A stretch of 64,000 bases of DNA from Opitutales bacterium (GCA_040398005.1 JBBAUX010000004.1:66926-130925); one strand, 5' to 3'; shown: positions 40,181 to 50,215, numbered from the stretch's first letter. The notes: generated by a model from the sequence alone, not told the origin. Made by a program: numbers and translations.

Positions 40181-41117
40181 GGTGGCGTGAGGCGATCCAG
40201 ATAAATACCGGAGCACCCAAGAGAGCGGTCATGGCCGCGGCGGAGATCGGAGTTTGTGGCCAGAGCGAGCGGCCCAGGGTGTCGGCTAAGAGAAGTAATA
40301 TTGCTCCGATGAGGCCGGCCACTGGGAGCATGAACTTATGTCTGGGTCCGATTACCACACGGGCACAGTGTGGTGCAATTAATCCAACGAAGGCAACTTG
40401 TCCGACCAAGCACGTCGCGGCAGCAGCAGCTAACGCAGTTAATAATATTCCTCTCCGGCGAACCGAGTTCACCTCAAGCCCACGTGTTTGCGCGACTTCT
40501 TCACCGAGTGATAATTGATCGAGGGCGCGTGCTTGGACTAACAAGAGAATGGCTGCGGTAAGACAAAGTCCCATCGGCCACGCGACACTTGAAAACGTTG
40601 CTAGCCCGAGCCAGTCGCCCGTGATTCCACTCAATAAAACATCGCGCGAAGAGCTAAATAAATTGGCGATGATTAAAGTGCCCGCTGCGGCAAAGGCATT
40701 CAGTCCCAGACCGGTGAGAAGAAGTTTTGAGGTGGAACCGCGCCCGCCGACGATCACGAGTAAAATTGAAATGAAACTAGCCCCAACAAAAGCGGCTGCA
40801 GAAATGGCCCAGGTGTTTTCCCAAATCCAGGAGCCGCCGCTGGCCATCATGATTGCGATACCTAAAAGTGCTCCACCGAAGACTCCGGTTAATCCTGGGT
40901 CGGCGAGTGGATTGCGGAAGAGCCCCTGTTGAGTGCCACCGCCGATGCCTAAGGCGAAGCCCGCCACGACTGCGGCTAGCACTCTGGGTAATCGCAAGGC
41001 CAGCAGTTCGTAATCCTTTCCCCAGCCCCAGCCTGCTGAGCCTAGGGCAAGGGCGATAAGCGCAACGAAAACGATTACCAAAAGTCCCCCGCTGATGATG
41101 CTAAATTTATTTCTCAA
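40173..41117 (-). CDS. FecCD/BtuC family ABC permease
   Basis: LRLPRVL, QGLFRNPLADPG, FVGLIAPH, GAPVF. Confidence 0.9.
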   Translation of the reverse strand: MRNKFSIISGGLLVIVFVALIALALGSAGWGWGKDYELLALRLPRVLAAVVAGFALGIGGGTQQGLFRNPLADPGLTGVFGGALLGIAIMMASGGSWIWENTWAISAAAFVGASFISILLVIVGGRGSTSKLLLTGLGLNAFAAAGTLIIANLFSSSRDVLLSGITGDWLGLATFSSVAWPMGLCLTAAILLLVQARALDQLSLGEEVAQTRGLEVNSVRRRGILLTALAAAAATCLVGQVAFVGLIAPHCARVVIGPRHKFMLPVAGLIGAILLLLADTLGRSLWPQTPISAAAMTALLGAPVFIWIASRHHE

Positions 41118-41122
41118 TTTTA

Positions 41123-44100
41123 TTAGAGACCCAGAATAGAATCTAGTGGGTTAGCCCTTTTAGGCACCATGTTCGTGGGCTTAGGCGCGGTCGGAGCTCC
41201 TTGTGTCGGATTTTGATTTCCTGAATTAAATCCCGACTGAATATTATTAATCGCGGCTTGGAGTCGCTGCTCTAAGTCGTTCTTCAGATTGTTAATTGAT
41301 CCCGTAAATTCAATGCCCGGACCTTGAGTGAGTCCATCGGGTGAGGGCTGAGGATTGGCGAAACCTAAGGCCGTAAAGTATTCTTTATATTCACCAGCCC
41401 CACGTAAATCGGCTTTAATATTTAAGGGCCAATCCATCATGGCTTTGCCCCGATCCGCAGAAATTTTTCCAGCGGCAGAAAAATTTAAAATGTCATTTTT
41501 GATTACGGTCTTATTAATTTTTAAAGTTCCATCGGAGAGGCGTTGAATTTCTACTTCCGCAGTTTTGTAATTAAACTGGGAAAGAGATTTTTGAAGTTTT
41601 CCAACTGCGGCAACGGCCAGGCCCACTTTGGCAATTTTTTCACCTTGCGCCTGATTTTTGGTAAGTGCTCCGGCTAAGATAGCAATTCCACCCAATAAAT
41701 TAGCGGTTTCACCGGCTTTATTAGCGGAGAGCGCCATCAGGCTGTTTTGTTTACCAAAAGCTTGAATACGTCCGTCCTTAGAGAGCAGGCTCGCATTAAC
41801 ATTTAATTTATCGATGAGCAGTTCGCAATTAGGTGCAACGCCCTCAGCAGTCACCGTGGCATCGCCTTTGCCCTGAATGAAGTCACTGAGTGCGGGGAAG
41901 GCGGTGGCGACAATGCCGAAATCGAATTGGTTCAAGCTGACTTTACTATTTAAAATATAAGGTCCGCCGACCGTGGAAGGCTGGAAGACAAGTTTGCCGC
42001 TACCCGCTAACGTTCCGCCCGCAAATTTTCCACCCATCTTCGAAAGCGTGATTTGATTGTCGGTAGCGTCTAATTTTAGAGCGAGATTTTCGACTTGAAT
42101 GCCTTGCAGCAGTGCGTGTTTAAAGGATAACTGAATATTTCCAGTGTGATTAGACCAGAGGGGTACGCGGTCCGCTTGTGTATTCTTTTTAGTGGGCTTC
42201 ACGTTTTCTTCGGTGCTCTTCGACAGGAGTTGTAACACGTCATCGCCCTGAATAGATTCGAAACTAGCATTCACTTTCCAGTCGGTGTTGGCGCCTTTTA
42301 CTTTTTGAGTAATCGAGATTTTACCCTCCGAGATTTTATCCACCTGCATTTTTACCACACCTTCGGCGGTTAAGCCATCGGAGTTCGGTATGCATTGGCC
42401 AACAAACGCCAGATTCTTAATTTTGGCGGGGCGATCTTTAAAACTCAAATCAGTCACCTTAACGGATGTGGATATTTCTCCACCGTTAACGACATTCGCT
42501 TTTATTTGGTAATTTCCAGTGGCGATATTGGCGATGGCCTCACCAAAGGGTTGTTCAGCGATGGCCCCCAGGTTGCCGGTGAGATTTAATGACGTGCTAC
42601 CTTGGCCGAGACCAATCGTACAATCGCCGTCCGCTAAAGTCCTCGTTCGATTTTTCAAAGTAGCGCGAGTGAAATTCATCGTACTACTTTTCTCGCCGAA
42701 GAATAAATCAACCGATGCTGCTAAATCGCAGCGCTTCACCCAGATTTTGTTTTTCCAGCCGACGGTGGTATCAATAAACGAAACAGGCGATCCCTCGGTG
42801 CGGATAAATAAGCCATCGGCTTTAAAGCCCGCTACGAGTTCGGCTTTATCGAGACTGCCCGAAATACTTAAGCCAGGGACGAGGGCACCTAAGGATTCGA
42901 GGGGTAACTTCGTTGCCGTAAGTTCTAAGAGCACGCCCGTTGGCTTGGATCCATTCAGTGCGTAGGGCTGGCGAAGTTTGACCTGCAGTAAATCTAAGTT
43001 CTGACGGATGATTCGTGATTCCAGTTTTTTAACGGTAATAGTTTGTTTCGCATCGAGGCCTACTTGGAACTGGGTCACTGCACGGATACCTTGTAATTTA
43101 TCCGCTGGTAAATCCTCCCAGCCTGGTTGGCTTGCTAATTCTGCGATACCAATATTCAGATTTCCATTCGCCGATCCACTGCCGTCCTGACTATAGTTTA
43201 TGGAGGCTTCGCCTGAGGCGATGACGCCGCTTGGGCAACTCACTTTGAGCGGTACGAAAAAGACCGTGGTGCCTTCGGCGCGTATGGGAAGGTCGACGGT
43301 GATGCCTTGAACCAGAACTTTTCCACTGCGTTCGATGGTTAGATTTTCAAAGCGATGCGGGATAATCGTTTTAATCTGCGGTTCCCCCTTAACTAAACTG
43401 ATTTCAGCTTCGCCCGACCACTGTCCATCGACCACGGCTAAATTCAGCGATGCCAAGATGGGATTCAGTGAAATCAGAGGCGCTTGGCGGGCGACGCAGT
43501 TTAATTTTGTATCCTTAATTTCCTGACCCGGTTTCCAGGATAGGGGCTGCACTAAACTTACGCTGATTCCATTACCCTCGATGGCTAAACTCTGAATGGT
43601 GAGACCCTCTTCACTCTTTTTCGCTTCGGCTTTAATATTCCATTCTGATTTGGTATTATTTTTAATAGCTTTTGAATAACGTGAAAGATTCGACCAAGCT
43701 AAATTGCTGTCGGTTTTTACATACCACTGGCCACTGAGTGCATCCAGTTCGGCTTCGAGTTTTCCAGTGATGGCACAAGCCGGTAGACTGTCGCTCAGGA
43801 CGCCCAATTTTTTCGGATCGAGGCTGAACTGGGCGGTGCCATTGATTTTACCACCGAGTTCGGTGAGATTTAATTGAGCGGCAGTGTTTTGATAGCTGTC
43901 GCGCAGTGTACCGTTGAGAATGAGTTTACTATCTTTATCACGGGCTCCGATTAAATTGAGCGTCATACTTCCGGCATTGAGCGGGCTATCGTCTTTCGCA
44001 ATGCACTGTAAATCGATGCTGCGGAAATCTTTGAGTAAACTGTCGATGCGGGTACCATCGCCGCCGAGCGGTCTTTGTAGGTCGGCCTTCAAAGTGATTT

Positions 44101-44671
44101 CGGCGCGGGGAGAGGTTTTATTCGTTCCGATGGTAAATCCTGGCCACGCGATACCTGCCCGTAGATCAATGCGTCCGGCTGAATCAAACGAATCACCGCG
44201 AACGCTGAAGCGAATTAAATAATCATCCGCGAGGGTGGCACGGCCGGTGATAGCATACGCACCAATCGTAAATTTAGGCAGTTTAGAGGTTGAGCTACTT
44301 TCCGGAACTTTGGGTCCAGCGACTTGGACGGGGTGGGAGAGGTCGACTTCAATATTTTTAATCTCGATTTTATCTAAACTCAGTGTGCCCAAGACGGTGG
44401 ATAAAATATTTAATTTTCCATCGAGTGAGGCTACTTTGATTTGGGTGCCGTTGGGCAGGGAGAGGTCGACGCCTTCGGCGCTGAAAGTTCCGTCGAGGGC
44501 TGCTTGGACTTTAGTAATGCCGCCTTTGATTTTTGCTTCTGAGAGTAGAACGGCTACGCGTTTGCCGAGAGGTTCGGGTTTTAATTCCGAATCAATATAA
44601 AGTACGACTAAGCCGAGTGGTAGAACAATACTTCCGAGTACGATTAAACTAATACGAAGGGCGCGGGACAT
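41123..44671 (-). CDS. Large AsmA/TamB-like envelope protein
   Basis: Single N-terminal TM anchor, then about 1150 aa of beta-strand-like Gly/hydrophobic alternation; AsmA-like C-terminal region. The family call is inferred. Confidence 0.55.
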   Translation of the reverse strand: MSRALRISLIVLGSIVLPLGLVVLYIDSELKPEPLGKRVAVLLSEAKIKGGITKVQAALDGTFSAEGVDLSLPNGTQIKVASLDGKLNILSTVLGTLSLDKIEIKNIEVDLSHPVQVAGPKVPESSSTSKLPKFTIGAYAITGRATLADDYLIRFSVRGDSFDSAGRIDLRAGIAWPGFTIGTNKTSPRAEITLKADLQRPLGGDGTRIDSLLKDFRSIDLQCIAKDDSPLNAGSMTLNLIGARDKDSKLILNGTLRDSYQNTAAQLNLTELGGKINGTAQFSLDPKKLGVLSDSLPACAITGKLEAELDALSGQWYVKTDSNLAWSNLSRYSKAIKNNTKSEWNIKAEAKKSEEGLTIQSLAIEGNGISVSLVQPLSWKPGQEIKDTKLNCVARQAPLISLNPILASLNLAVVDGQWSGEAEISLVKGEPQIKTIIPHRFENLTIERSGKVLVQGITVDLPIRAEGTTVFFVPLKVSCPSGVIASGEASINYSQDGSGSANGNLNIGIAELASQPGWEDLPADKLQGIRAVTQFQVGLDAKQTITVKKLESRIIRQNLDLLQVKLRQPYALNGSKPTGVLLELTATKLPLESLGALVPGLSISGSLDKAELVAGFKADGLFIRTEGSPVSFIDTTVGWKNKIWVKRCDLAASVDLFFGEKSSTMNFTRATLKNRTRTLADGDCTIGLGQGSTSLNLTGNLGAIAEQPFGEAIANIATGNYQIKANVVNGGEISTSVKVTDLSFKDRPAKIKNLAFVGQCIPNSDGLTAEGVVKMQVDKISEGKISITQKVKGANTDWKVNASFESIQGDDVLQLLSKSTEENVKPTKKNTQADRVPLWSNHTGNIQLSFKHALLQGIQVENLALKLDATDNQITLSKMGGKFAGGTLAGSGKLVFQPSTVGGPYILNSKVSLNQFDFGIVATAFPALSDFIQGKGDATVTAEGVAPNCELLIDKLNVNASLLSKDGRIQAFGKQNSLMALSANKAGETANLLGGIAILAGALTKNQAQGEKIAKVGLAVAAVGKLQKSLSQFNYKTAEVEIQRLSDGTLKINKTVIKNDILNFSAAGKISADRGKAMMDWPLNIKADLRGAGEYKEYFTALGFANPQPSPDGLTQGPGIEFTGSINNLKNDLEQRLQAAINNIQSGFNSGNQNPTQGAPTAPKPTNMVPKRANPLDSILGL

Positions 44672-44715
44672 AGGGAGCTCTCCGTCAGATTGAGGGTCGA
44701 TTTAATTCGGGCAAC

Positions 44716-44751
44716 AAAAAGCCCGATGAATTTTTAAATCCATCGGGCTTT
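44716..44751. terminator. Intrinsic terminator after the vWA gene
   Basis: AAAAAGCCCGATG...CATCGGGCTTT. Confidence 0.7.
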
Positions 44752-44775
44752 ATACTGAATTCTACTTAGAACCGC

Positions 44776-46152
44776 TTAGGCTTGTCCGTTATTAGCGTCG
44801 GGCGTGGCAGGAGGAGGGGTGGTCGGATTCTGGCGTTTAACGCTACGGCCTGAAGCAATCTTACGACGAATCATCGCTGATTCGCTGGCCATCATTTTCA
44901 TGCTTACTGCTTCACTCATATTTGTAACGATTCTACCACGTGCTGAACGTACCATGTTCGCTCGACCATAGCGCATCTCTTTCATCGCCATGACAGCATC
45001 TTCATCAAGCAAGTCTTTGAGGTATGCGATTTTTTGTTTTGCCCAGCTGGTGAGATCTGTGCGGTTTTCGATTTCGGCAAACAGTTCCTTAGCTTCTTTG
45101 TGTTTGTAGCGACGGAGGAGATCTTCGACCTGCTCAAGTTTTTCAGAAACAATCGCTTCGCTGACACCTGCTAAAACGTTCACATCGGATACGAGTGATG
45201 TGTAGGTGGTGAGGTCCACTTCAGGCAAGCCGAAGACTTGAGGACCAAACTTTACGTCTTCGCCTTCTTTGGTTTGTGCGGTGAAGTTCACGGCAAACAA
45301 CTCATCGGGTTTCGCATTCTGTCCGATTTTAATTTCAACCACGGCGACTAGTGCTGTGTTCCAGGATAAGGTGCCGAGCTTACGTGTGCTGCTGATGGTA
45401 TCTTCTAAGATTTCACCAACCAGGCGTGCTTTTACATCGCTGCCGCCTTGAATCTTGATTTCGACTTGGCGCAGGAAGGTGTTCGAGAGAATCGCGAATT
45501 GTTGTTCGAAGGCTTCATCCAGATCTTCCGGTGTTTGACCGAAATTAGCGACACCTTCTCCACTCTTCGCCATACCTGCGAGAAGCGACTCATTAAAGCC
45601 GTGTCCGAGGCCAATCGTCGAGGTGGTAATACCCGTACCGGCTAATTTTGAGACGTGCGTAAAAATTTCGCTTTCATTGAGCAGGCCCTGGTTTGCTTGT
45701 CCATCGCTCAGAAGAATGACGCGTGCAATACGTTCCTTCTTCACAAAAGGTGCTAACTGTTTCGCGCCCTCTTCCCAGCCTCCGAATAAATTCGTCGAGC
45801 CTCCAGATTGAATGGAACGAACGCGTGCTTCGATGTCTTTGGCATCTCCCACGGCGGTGAGCGCTTGTACGATATCAATCCCATCATCAAACGTGACGAT
45901 AGAGATGTGATCGTCAGGACGCAGACCCTTGACGATGCGTACGGCGCACTCTTTGGCAGTCTCGAGAGGTTGGCCGCTCATGGAACCGGAGCGATCAATT
46001 ACGAGGGCGATGTCGAGCGGAGTGCGGACGACGGATTCGGTAGTAGCAGGAGCTTCAGGAGCGACAATGCGAACGAGCGCATAAGTCGCATCAGCAGCGG
46101 CACGGAGAAAACCCTTTTTCAAGGGCAGGATTTCGATGGTAGGATGTAGCAT
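44776..46152 (-). CDS. vWA domain protein (YfbK/Ca-activated chloride channel-like)
   Basis: MIDAS DRSGSM, GGSTNL, LLSDGQANQG, TIGLG.GFNE; start moved to MLHPT. Confidence 0.88.
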   Translation of the reverse strand: MLHPTIEILPLKKGFLRAAADATYALVRIVAPEAPATTESVVRTPLDIALVIDRSGSMSGQPLETAKECAVRIVKGLRPDDHISIVTFDDGIDIVQALTAVGDAKDIEARVRSIQSGGSTNLFGGWEEGAKQLAPFVKKERIARVILLSDGQANQGLLNESEIFTHVSKLAGTGITTSTIGLGHGFNESLLAGMAKSGEGVANFGQTPEDLDEAFEQQFAILSNTFLRQVEIKIQGGSDVKARLVGEILEDTISSTRKLGTLSWNTALVAVVEIKIGQNAKPDELFAVNFTAQTKEGEDVKFGPQVFGLPEVDLTTYTSLVSDVNVLAGVSEAIVSEKLEQVEDLLRRYKHKEAKELFAEIENRTDLTSWAKQKIAYLKDLLDEDAVMAMKEMRYGRANMVRSARGRIVTNMSEAVSMKMMASESAMIRRKIASGRSVKRQNPTTPPPATPDANNGQA

Positions 46153-46174
46153 GGAGTTTGGGAAAGGACTCCAA

Positions 46175-46201
46175 ACATAACACACAATCCTTAAATGTCA
46201 A
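46175..46201 (-). promoter_or_regulatory. Sigma70-like promoter of the vWA gene
   Basis: TTGACA-N16-TATGTT on the minus strand. Confidence 0.55.
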
Positions 46202-46266
46202 CACCTGCAGAGTAACTATTTTATAATTAACACTAATTTGTAACTGTCAGTATTTTATAAGGCACT

Positions 46267-47085
46267 TTAAATCAGGGAGTTACGGAATTTTTCGACGAGT
46301 TGATTTATTTCAGATTCTTTTAATGAGGGCTTACCGTCGATGTTTAGATGGATTTCACACCAATGGTTGAGGCGTAGGCGGCTCCAGCGTTCGCGCTTCG
46401 GTTCATCGCCCCGGACGGTGGGATTAAAGGCCAGCAACTGTAAGAAAAGTTCTTTAGCTTCGGGGCTCAAGTCGTCGCGCATGAGTTCTTTTTTAACGAA
46501 GATTTTCAGGGCATCAGCTGGGCTTCTTGACTCCGAGACATCGCGTATTTTTTGGGCTTCTCGCGAGGGGCTGATCTTTCGGCGAAAATCGTCTTCGCTG
46601 TCACTCACTGACATGTAGTAATTAGCTTCTGGTTTGAGATCGCGGATGGTGCGCGGTCCTCTCATGGGTGCTGATTTATTACTTCCGAACTTATCAAACG
46701 AAGTGCTTTTAGTTTTGAAGAGGAGCTTTTCTGCCTCGGTGGGCGTGGCTAAACTATCGATGAGGCTATTTAATTTATGGGCAGAACTATTGTCGATGAG
46801 GAGGGATTTAATCCGGTCCAGATCCCAGCCACGCTCGGAGAGCAGTCGGGCTAAAAGAAGTTGTCGGACTTGGGTGGGGCCGAAGTTGGCCTTGCGTCGA
46901 TCGTCCAGGGCGCGGTCGGCCTTGCTGATGATACCCTGATAAACGTAGAAGCGGACGAGGCGTTCGCTCGTGTTGTGTTGGGCGCCGAAGCCCAGTTCGA
47001 CCAGTTTATTGGAGACGAAGTCGGCCAGCTCTTCGGCTGTGCCCATAAACTCGTCGTCATTAAGAATGGCTGATGGCTTTAACAT
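46267..47085 (-). CDS. MerR-like HTH protein
   Basis: TAEELA...SERLVRFYVYQGIISK...LLLARLLSERGWDLDRIK matches the MerR HTH; unrelated C-terminus. Confidence 0.75.
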   Translation of the reverse strand: MLKPSAILNDDEFMGTAEELADFVSNKLVELGFGAQHNTSERLVRFYVYQGIISKADRALDDRRKANFGPTQVRQLLLARLLSERGWDLDRIKSLLIDNSSAHKLNSLIDSLATPTEAEKLLFKTKSTSFDKFGSNKSAPMRGPRTIRDLKPEANYYMSVSDSEDDFRRKISPSREAQKIRDVSESRSPADALKIFVKKELMRDDLSPEAKELFLQLLAFNPTVRGDEPKRERWSRLRLNHWCEIHLNIDGKPSLKESEINQLVEKFRNSLI

Positions 47086-47102
47086 GGTGTGCGTTAATTG
47101 AA

Positions 47103-47153
47103 GACAGTCTACTGTCAGCATTCCTCAATTGGCAATATCATTATGACATTGAG
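47103..47153 (-). promoter_or_regulatory. Promoter/operator of the MerR-like gene
   Basis: TTGCCA-N18-TAGACT; inverted repeats GACAGT-N2-ACTGTC (47103-47116) and CCTCAAT...ATTGAGG (47123-47153). Confidence 0.55.
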
Positions 47154-47203
47154 GGGTTTCTGATTCTTAGTAGCGCGAGAGGGGAGTGGGGGAGTGGGCA
47201 AAT

Positions 47204-47231
47204 AAAAAGGCCGCTCATTGCTGAGCGGCCT
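47204..47231. terminator. Intrinsic terminator after amtB copy 1
   Basis: AAAAAGGCCGCTCA-TTGC-TGAGCGGCCT. Confidence 0.75.
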
Positions 47232-47257
47232 CTGTTGGTTATAATCTTAAGATTAAA

Positions 47258-48742
47258 TCAGGAGTTATAATTATAACCCTCTTCACCGTGATCGGTGATG
47301 TCCAAGCCACGAGCTTCTGCTTCTTCAGTGGGGCGAAGACCAACAAGGGCCTTCACAACGTAAGCGAGAACTACGGTAGCAACAATGGAGAGTACCAGGG
47401 TTACACCGATGGCTTTGAACTGTTCGGTGAGCAGAGTGTTACCTACGATATCTTTTAGGTTGAGATTAAGGTTACCGTTAACGTCGGCAGTTGCGAGAAC
47501 GCCAGTCAAGATAGCACCTAAGGTACCACCGACTGCGTGAACGCCGAAGGTATCGAGCGCGTCATCGTAACCGAGTTTAGCTTTGAGGTAAACTACGGCG
47601 AGGAAGGGAACAACACCGGCGAGAACACCGATGAGCATCGCACCGTTAGCGGTGACGAAACCAGCAGCAGGAGTGACGACAACGAGACCAGCGACAGCAC
47701 CCGAGCAGAAGCCGAGTACGGAAGCGTGACCGCGGAGAATCCATTCAAGAGCAGCCCAGGTGAATGCAGCAACTGCGGCGGCGAGCGTGGTGGTCATGAA
47801 GGCTTGAGCGGCAACACCGTCAGCAGCGAGCGCTGAACCAGCGTTGAAACCGTACCAACCTACCCAGAGCATTCCGGTACCGATTGCACAGAGAACCATG
47901 CTGTGTGGAGTCAGGGCTTTCTTGCCGAAACCAATCCGAGGTCCGAGAATAATACACAAGAGGAGTGCGGACCAACCAGAGGTCATGTGAACGACAGTAC
48001 CACCTGCGAAGTCGATGGCTTTGATTGATGCAGCAGCATTCCAAACTCCGTTCATTTCGCCAGTGATACCCCAGATAGCGTGAGCCATAGGGAAGTAGAC
48101 GAGGAACATCCAGCCAGTCATGAAGAGCATGAGAGCGGAGAACTTCATCCGTTCAGCAATTGCACCGACAATCAGAGCAGGAGTGATGATCGCGAACATC
48201 AATTGATACATCGCGAATACGTTTTGGGAGGTCCAATAAGCGTAGTCCGTATTAGGTAGAGCGTTTACTCCGTTTAAGAAGAAGAATTCGCTTCCACCGA
48301 AGATGATACCTAAGGGAGTTCCTGCAAAGCTCTTGCCGAAGACAAAAGAATAACCGACTGCCCACCAGAGAATGGCGACGAGTCCAGCTAAACCAAAGCA
48401 CTGCGCAATGACCGAGAGAACATTTTTGCTACGCACTAAACCGCCGTAGAAAAGGAAGAGACCAGGTAAGGTCATGAATAAAACCAGCGCAGCACAGATC
48501 ATCATGAATCCGTTGTGACCAGGACCGGCGGTCTGCGCGGCAGGAGTTAAGGCAACGGTGACATTACCTTTGGCATCTTTTAAAGGTGCAGAAGGATCGC
48601 CGTTACCGAGGTAGGCTTCGAGACCAGCAACGCGCTGTTCTAATGAAGGCGCAGGTGGAGGCGTTGAGGGTTCAGCTGCGTGGGCCCAGTAGGGTAGGGC
48701 CGCAAGAGCGAGGAGGGTTAATGATCTTAATAATGTTTTCAT
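47258..48742 (-). CDS. amtB: Ammonium transporter (copy 1)
   Basis: FYGGLVRSKN, DFAGGTVVH, GWYGFNAGS, DDALDTFGVH, DHGEEGY; signal peptide. Confidence 0.96.
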   Translation of the reverse strand: MKTLLRSLTLLALAALPYWAHAAEPSTPPPAPSLEQRVAGLEAYLGNGDPSAPLKDAKGNVTVALTPAAQTAGPGHNGFMMICAALVLFMTLPGLFLFYGGLVRSKNVLSVIAQCFGLAGLVAILWWAVGYSFVFGKSFAGTPLGIIFGGSEFFFLNGVNALPNTDYAYWTSQNVFAMYQLMFAIITPALIVGAIAERMKFSALMLFMTGWMFLVYFPMAHAIWGITGEMNGVWNAAASIKAIDFAGGTVVHMTSGWSALLLCIILGPRIGFGKKALTPHSMVLCAIGTGMLWVGWYGFNAGSALAADGVAAQAFMTTTLAAAVAAFTWAALEWILRGHASVLGFCSGAVAGLVVVTPAAGFVTANGAMLIGVLAGVVPFLAVVYLKAKLGYDDALDTFGVHAVGGTLGAILTGVLATADVNGNLNLNLKDIVGNTLLTEQFKAIGVTLVLSIVATVVLAYVVKALVGLRPTEEAEARGLDITDHGEEGYNYNS

Positions 48743-48756
48743 GGCATGTCCCTAAT

Positions 48757-48773
48757 CGCAATGGTTGTGCCAA
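48757..48773 (-). promoter_or_regulatory. Sigma54 -24/-12 promoter
   Basis: TTGGCAC-AACCA-TTGCG. Confidence 0.8.
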
Positions 48774-48906
48774 GTGGCTAGGATAATGCCGAACCGCTAT
48801 TTTTGATTAAAATTAAACTTTAAGCTCAAAAAAGCCTGTCACTTTTCGAGCAAATCGTGGTTTTATAACCCACAAGATTGGGCTACATTGATTTAACGTT
48901 TTGTAA

Positions 48907-50184
48907 TTAACCGTGATTATAGCCTTCTTCGCCGTGGTCAGCGATATCGAGTCCTTGCGCTTCTTCCTCTTCGGTTGGTCTCAGGCCAATGGTTTTTTGA
49001 ACGAGTTTAGCAATGAGAGCCGTGGCGACTACAGAAAGAAGAATGCATACACCCATCGCGACTAACTGACCTTTGATCACGGATGATACGATTCCTTCCG
49101 TCGCTGGATTTACTTTTGGGCAAACGAGTAGAGCCGTAGCCATTGCGCCGATGGTGCCGCCGACTCCATGCACGCCAAAAGTATCTAACGCATCATCGTA
49201 TTTCAATTTGCTCTTTAAGTACGAGCAAGCCGCGTAAGAAAGTACGCCTGCTAACACACCAATTAATACTGCAGAACCCGTGCTGACAAATCCGGCAGCG
49301 TTGGTGATTGTGGCCAATCCGGCGATTGCACCCGAGCATAATCCGAGGACCGATGGTTTACCGCGATGAAAAATTTCCACCGCTGCCCAGGACAGTGTTG
49401 CGGCCGCTGCGCCGAGTGTGGTGGTTAAAAATGATTGTACGGCGATGCCGTCGGCGGCGAGGGCGGAACCTGCATTAAAGCCATACCAGCCTGCCCAAAG
49501 TAAGCCTGTGCCGAGTACACATAGGACCATACTGTGCGGAGGCATTGCACGTTTACCAAAGCCTTCGCGCGGACCGACGATCATACAAAGAATGAGTGCC
49601 GACCAACCGGAAGTCATGTGCACAACGATTCCGCCTGCGAAGTCGATGGCTTTGAAAGTGGATTGCGCGTTAGCGATTCCAGAAAAATCTCCCGACTGAC
49701 CCCACACGGCGTGAGCCATTGGATAATAAACGAGCAGCGTCCAGAGTGCTGAAAATAACATGACCGCAGAAAATTTCATACGCTCAGCGACTGCACCGAT
49801 GATTAAAGCAGGCGTGATGGCTGCGAACATCGCTTGAAAGATCGCAAAAGCGCCTGACGAAATTCTTCCGTCATAATTACTCGCACCTGCCCCGATACCC
49901 GCGAAACCAAAATGCTCAGTGCCACCGAAAATATGACCGAGGCTCGATCCCGCGAGCGATTTACCAAAGACCAAGCTATAACCGAAGCCCCACCACATGA
50001 GTATCGCCATGGCGGTGAGCGCCAGACACTGTGCAGCAATCGACAAAACGTTTTTGCTTCGAACAAGTCCGCCGTAAAAGAGGAACAGTCCAGGGATGCA
50101 CATCACTAAAACAAGTGCGGCGCTCACAAGCACCCACGCATTGTCTCCGGCGTTTACAGTCGAGGTAGTAGCAAAAATAAGCAT
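48907..50184 (-). CDS. amtB: Ammonium transporter (copy 2)
   Basis: Same Amt motifs with both conserved His. Start moved to ATG 50184, downstream of the sigma54 site. Confidence 0.95.
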   Translation of the reverse strand: MLIFATTSTVNAGDNAWVLVSAALVLVMCIPGLFLFYGGLVRSKNVLSIAAQCLALTAMAILMWWGFGYSLVFGKSLAGSSLGHIFGGTEHFGFAGIGAGASNYDGRISSGAFAIFQAMFAAITPALIIGAVAERMKFSAVMLFSALWTLLVYYPMAHAVWGQSGDFSGIANAQSTFKAIDFAGGIVVHMTSGWSALILCMIVGPREGFGKRAMPPHSMVLCVLGTGLLWAGWYGFNAGSALAADGIAVQSFLTTTLGAAAATLSWAAVEIFHRGKPSVLGLCSGAIAGLATITNAAGFVSTGSAVLIGVLAGVLSYAACSYLKSKLKYDDALDTFGVHGVGGTIGAMATALLVCPKVNPATEGIVSSVIKGQLVAMGVCILLSVVATALIAKLVQKTIGLRPTEEEEAQGLDIADHGEEGYNHG

Positions 50185-50198
50185 GATGCTTTTTATTA

Positions 50199-50215
50199 AG
50201 CAAAGTTTGTGCCAA
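50199..50215 (-). promoter_or_regulatory. Sigma54 -24/-12 promoter
   Basis: TTGGCAC-AAACT-TTGCT. Confidence 0.85.

Noticed and set aside
41117..44775. Cobalamin riboswitch or Fur box for the FecCD/BtuC transporter
   Set aside because: The permease starts a few nt after the AsmA-like gene, and no B12-box or Fur-box-like sequence is visible upstream.
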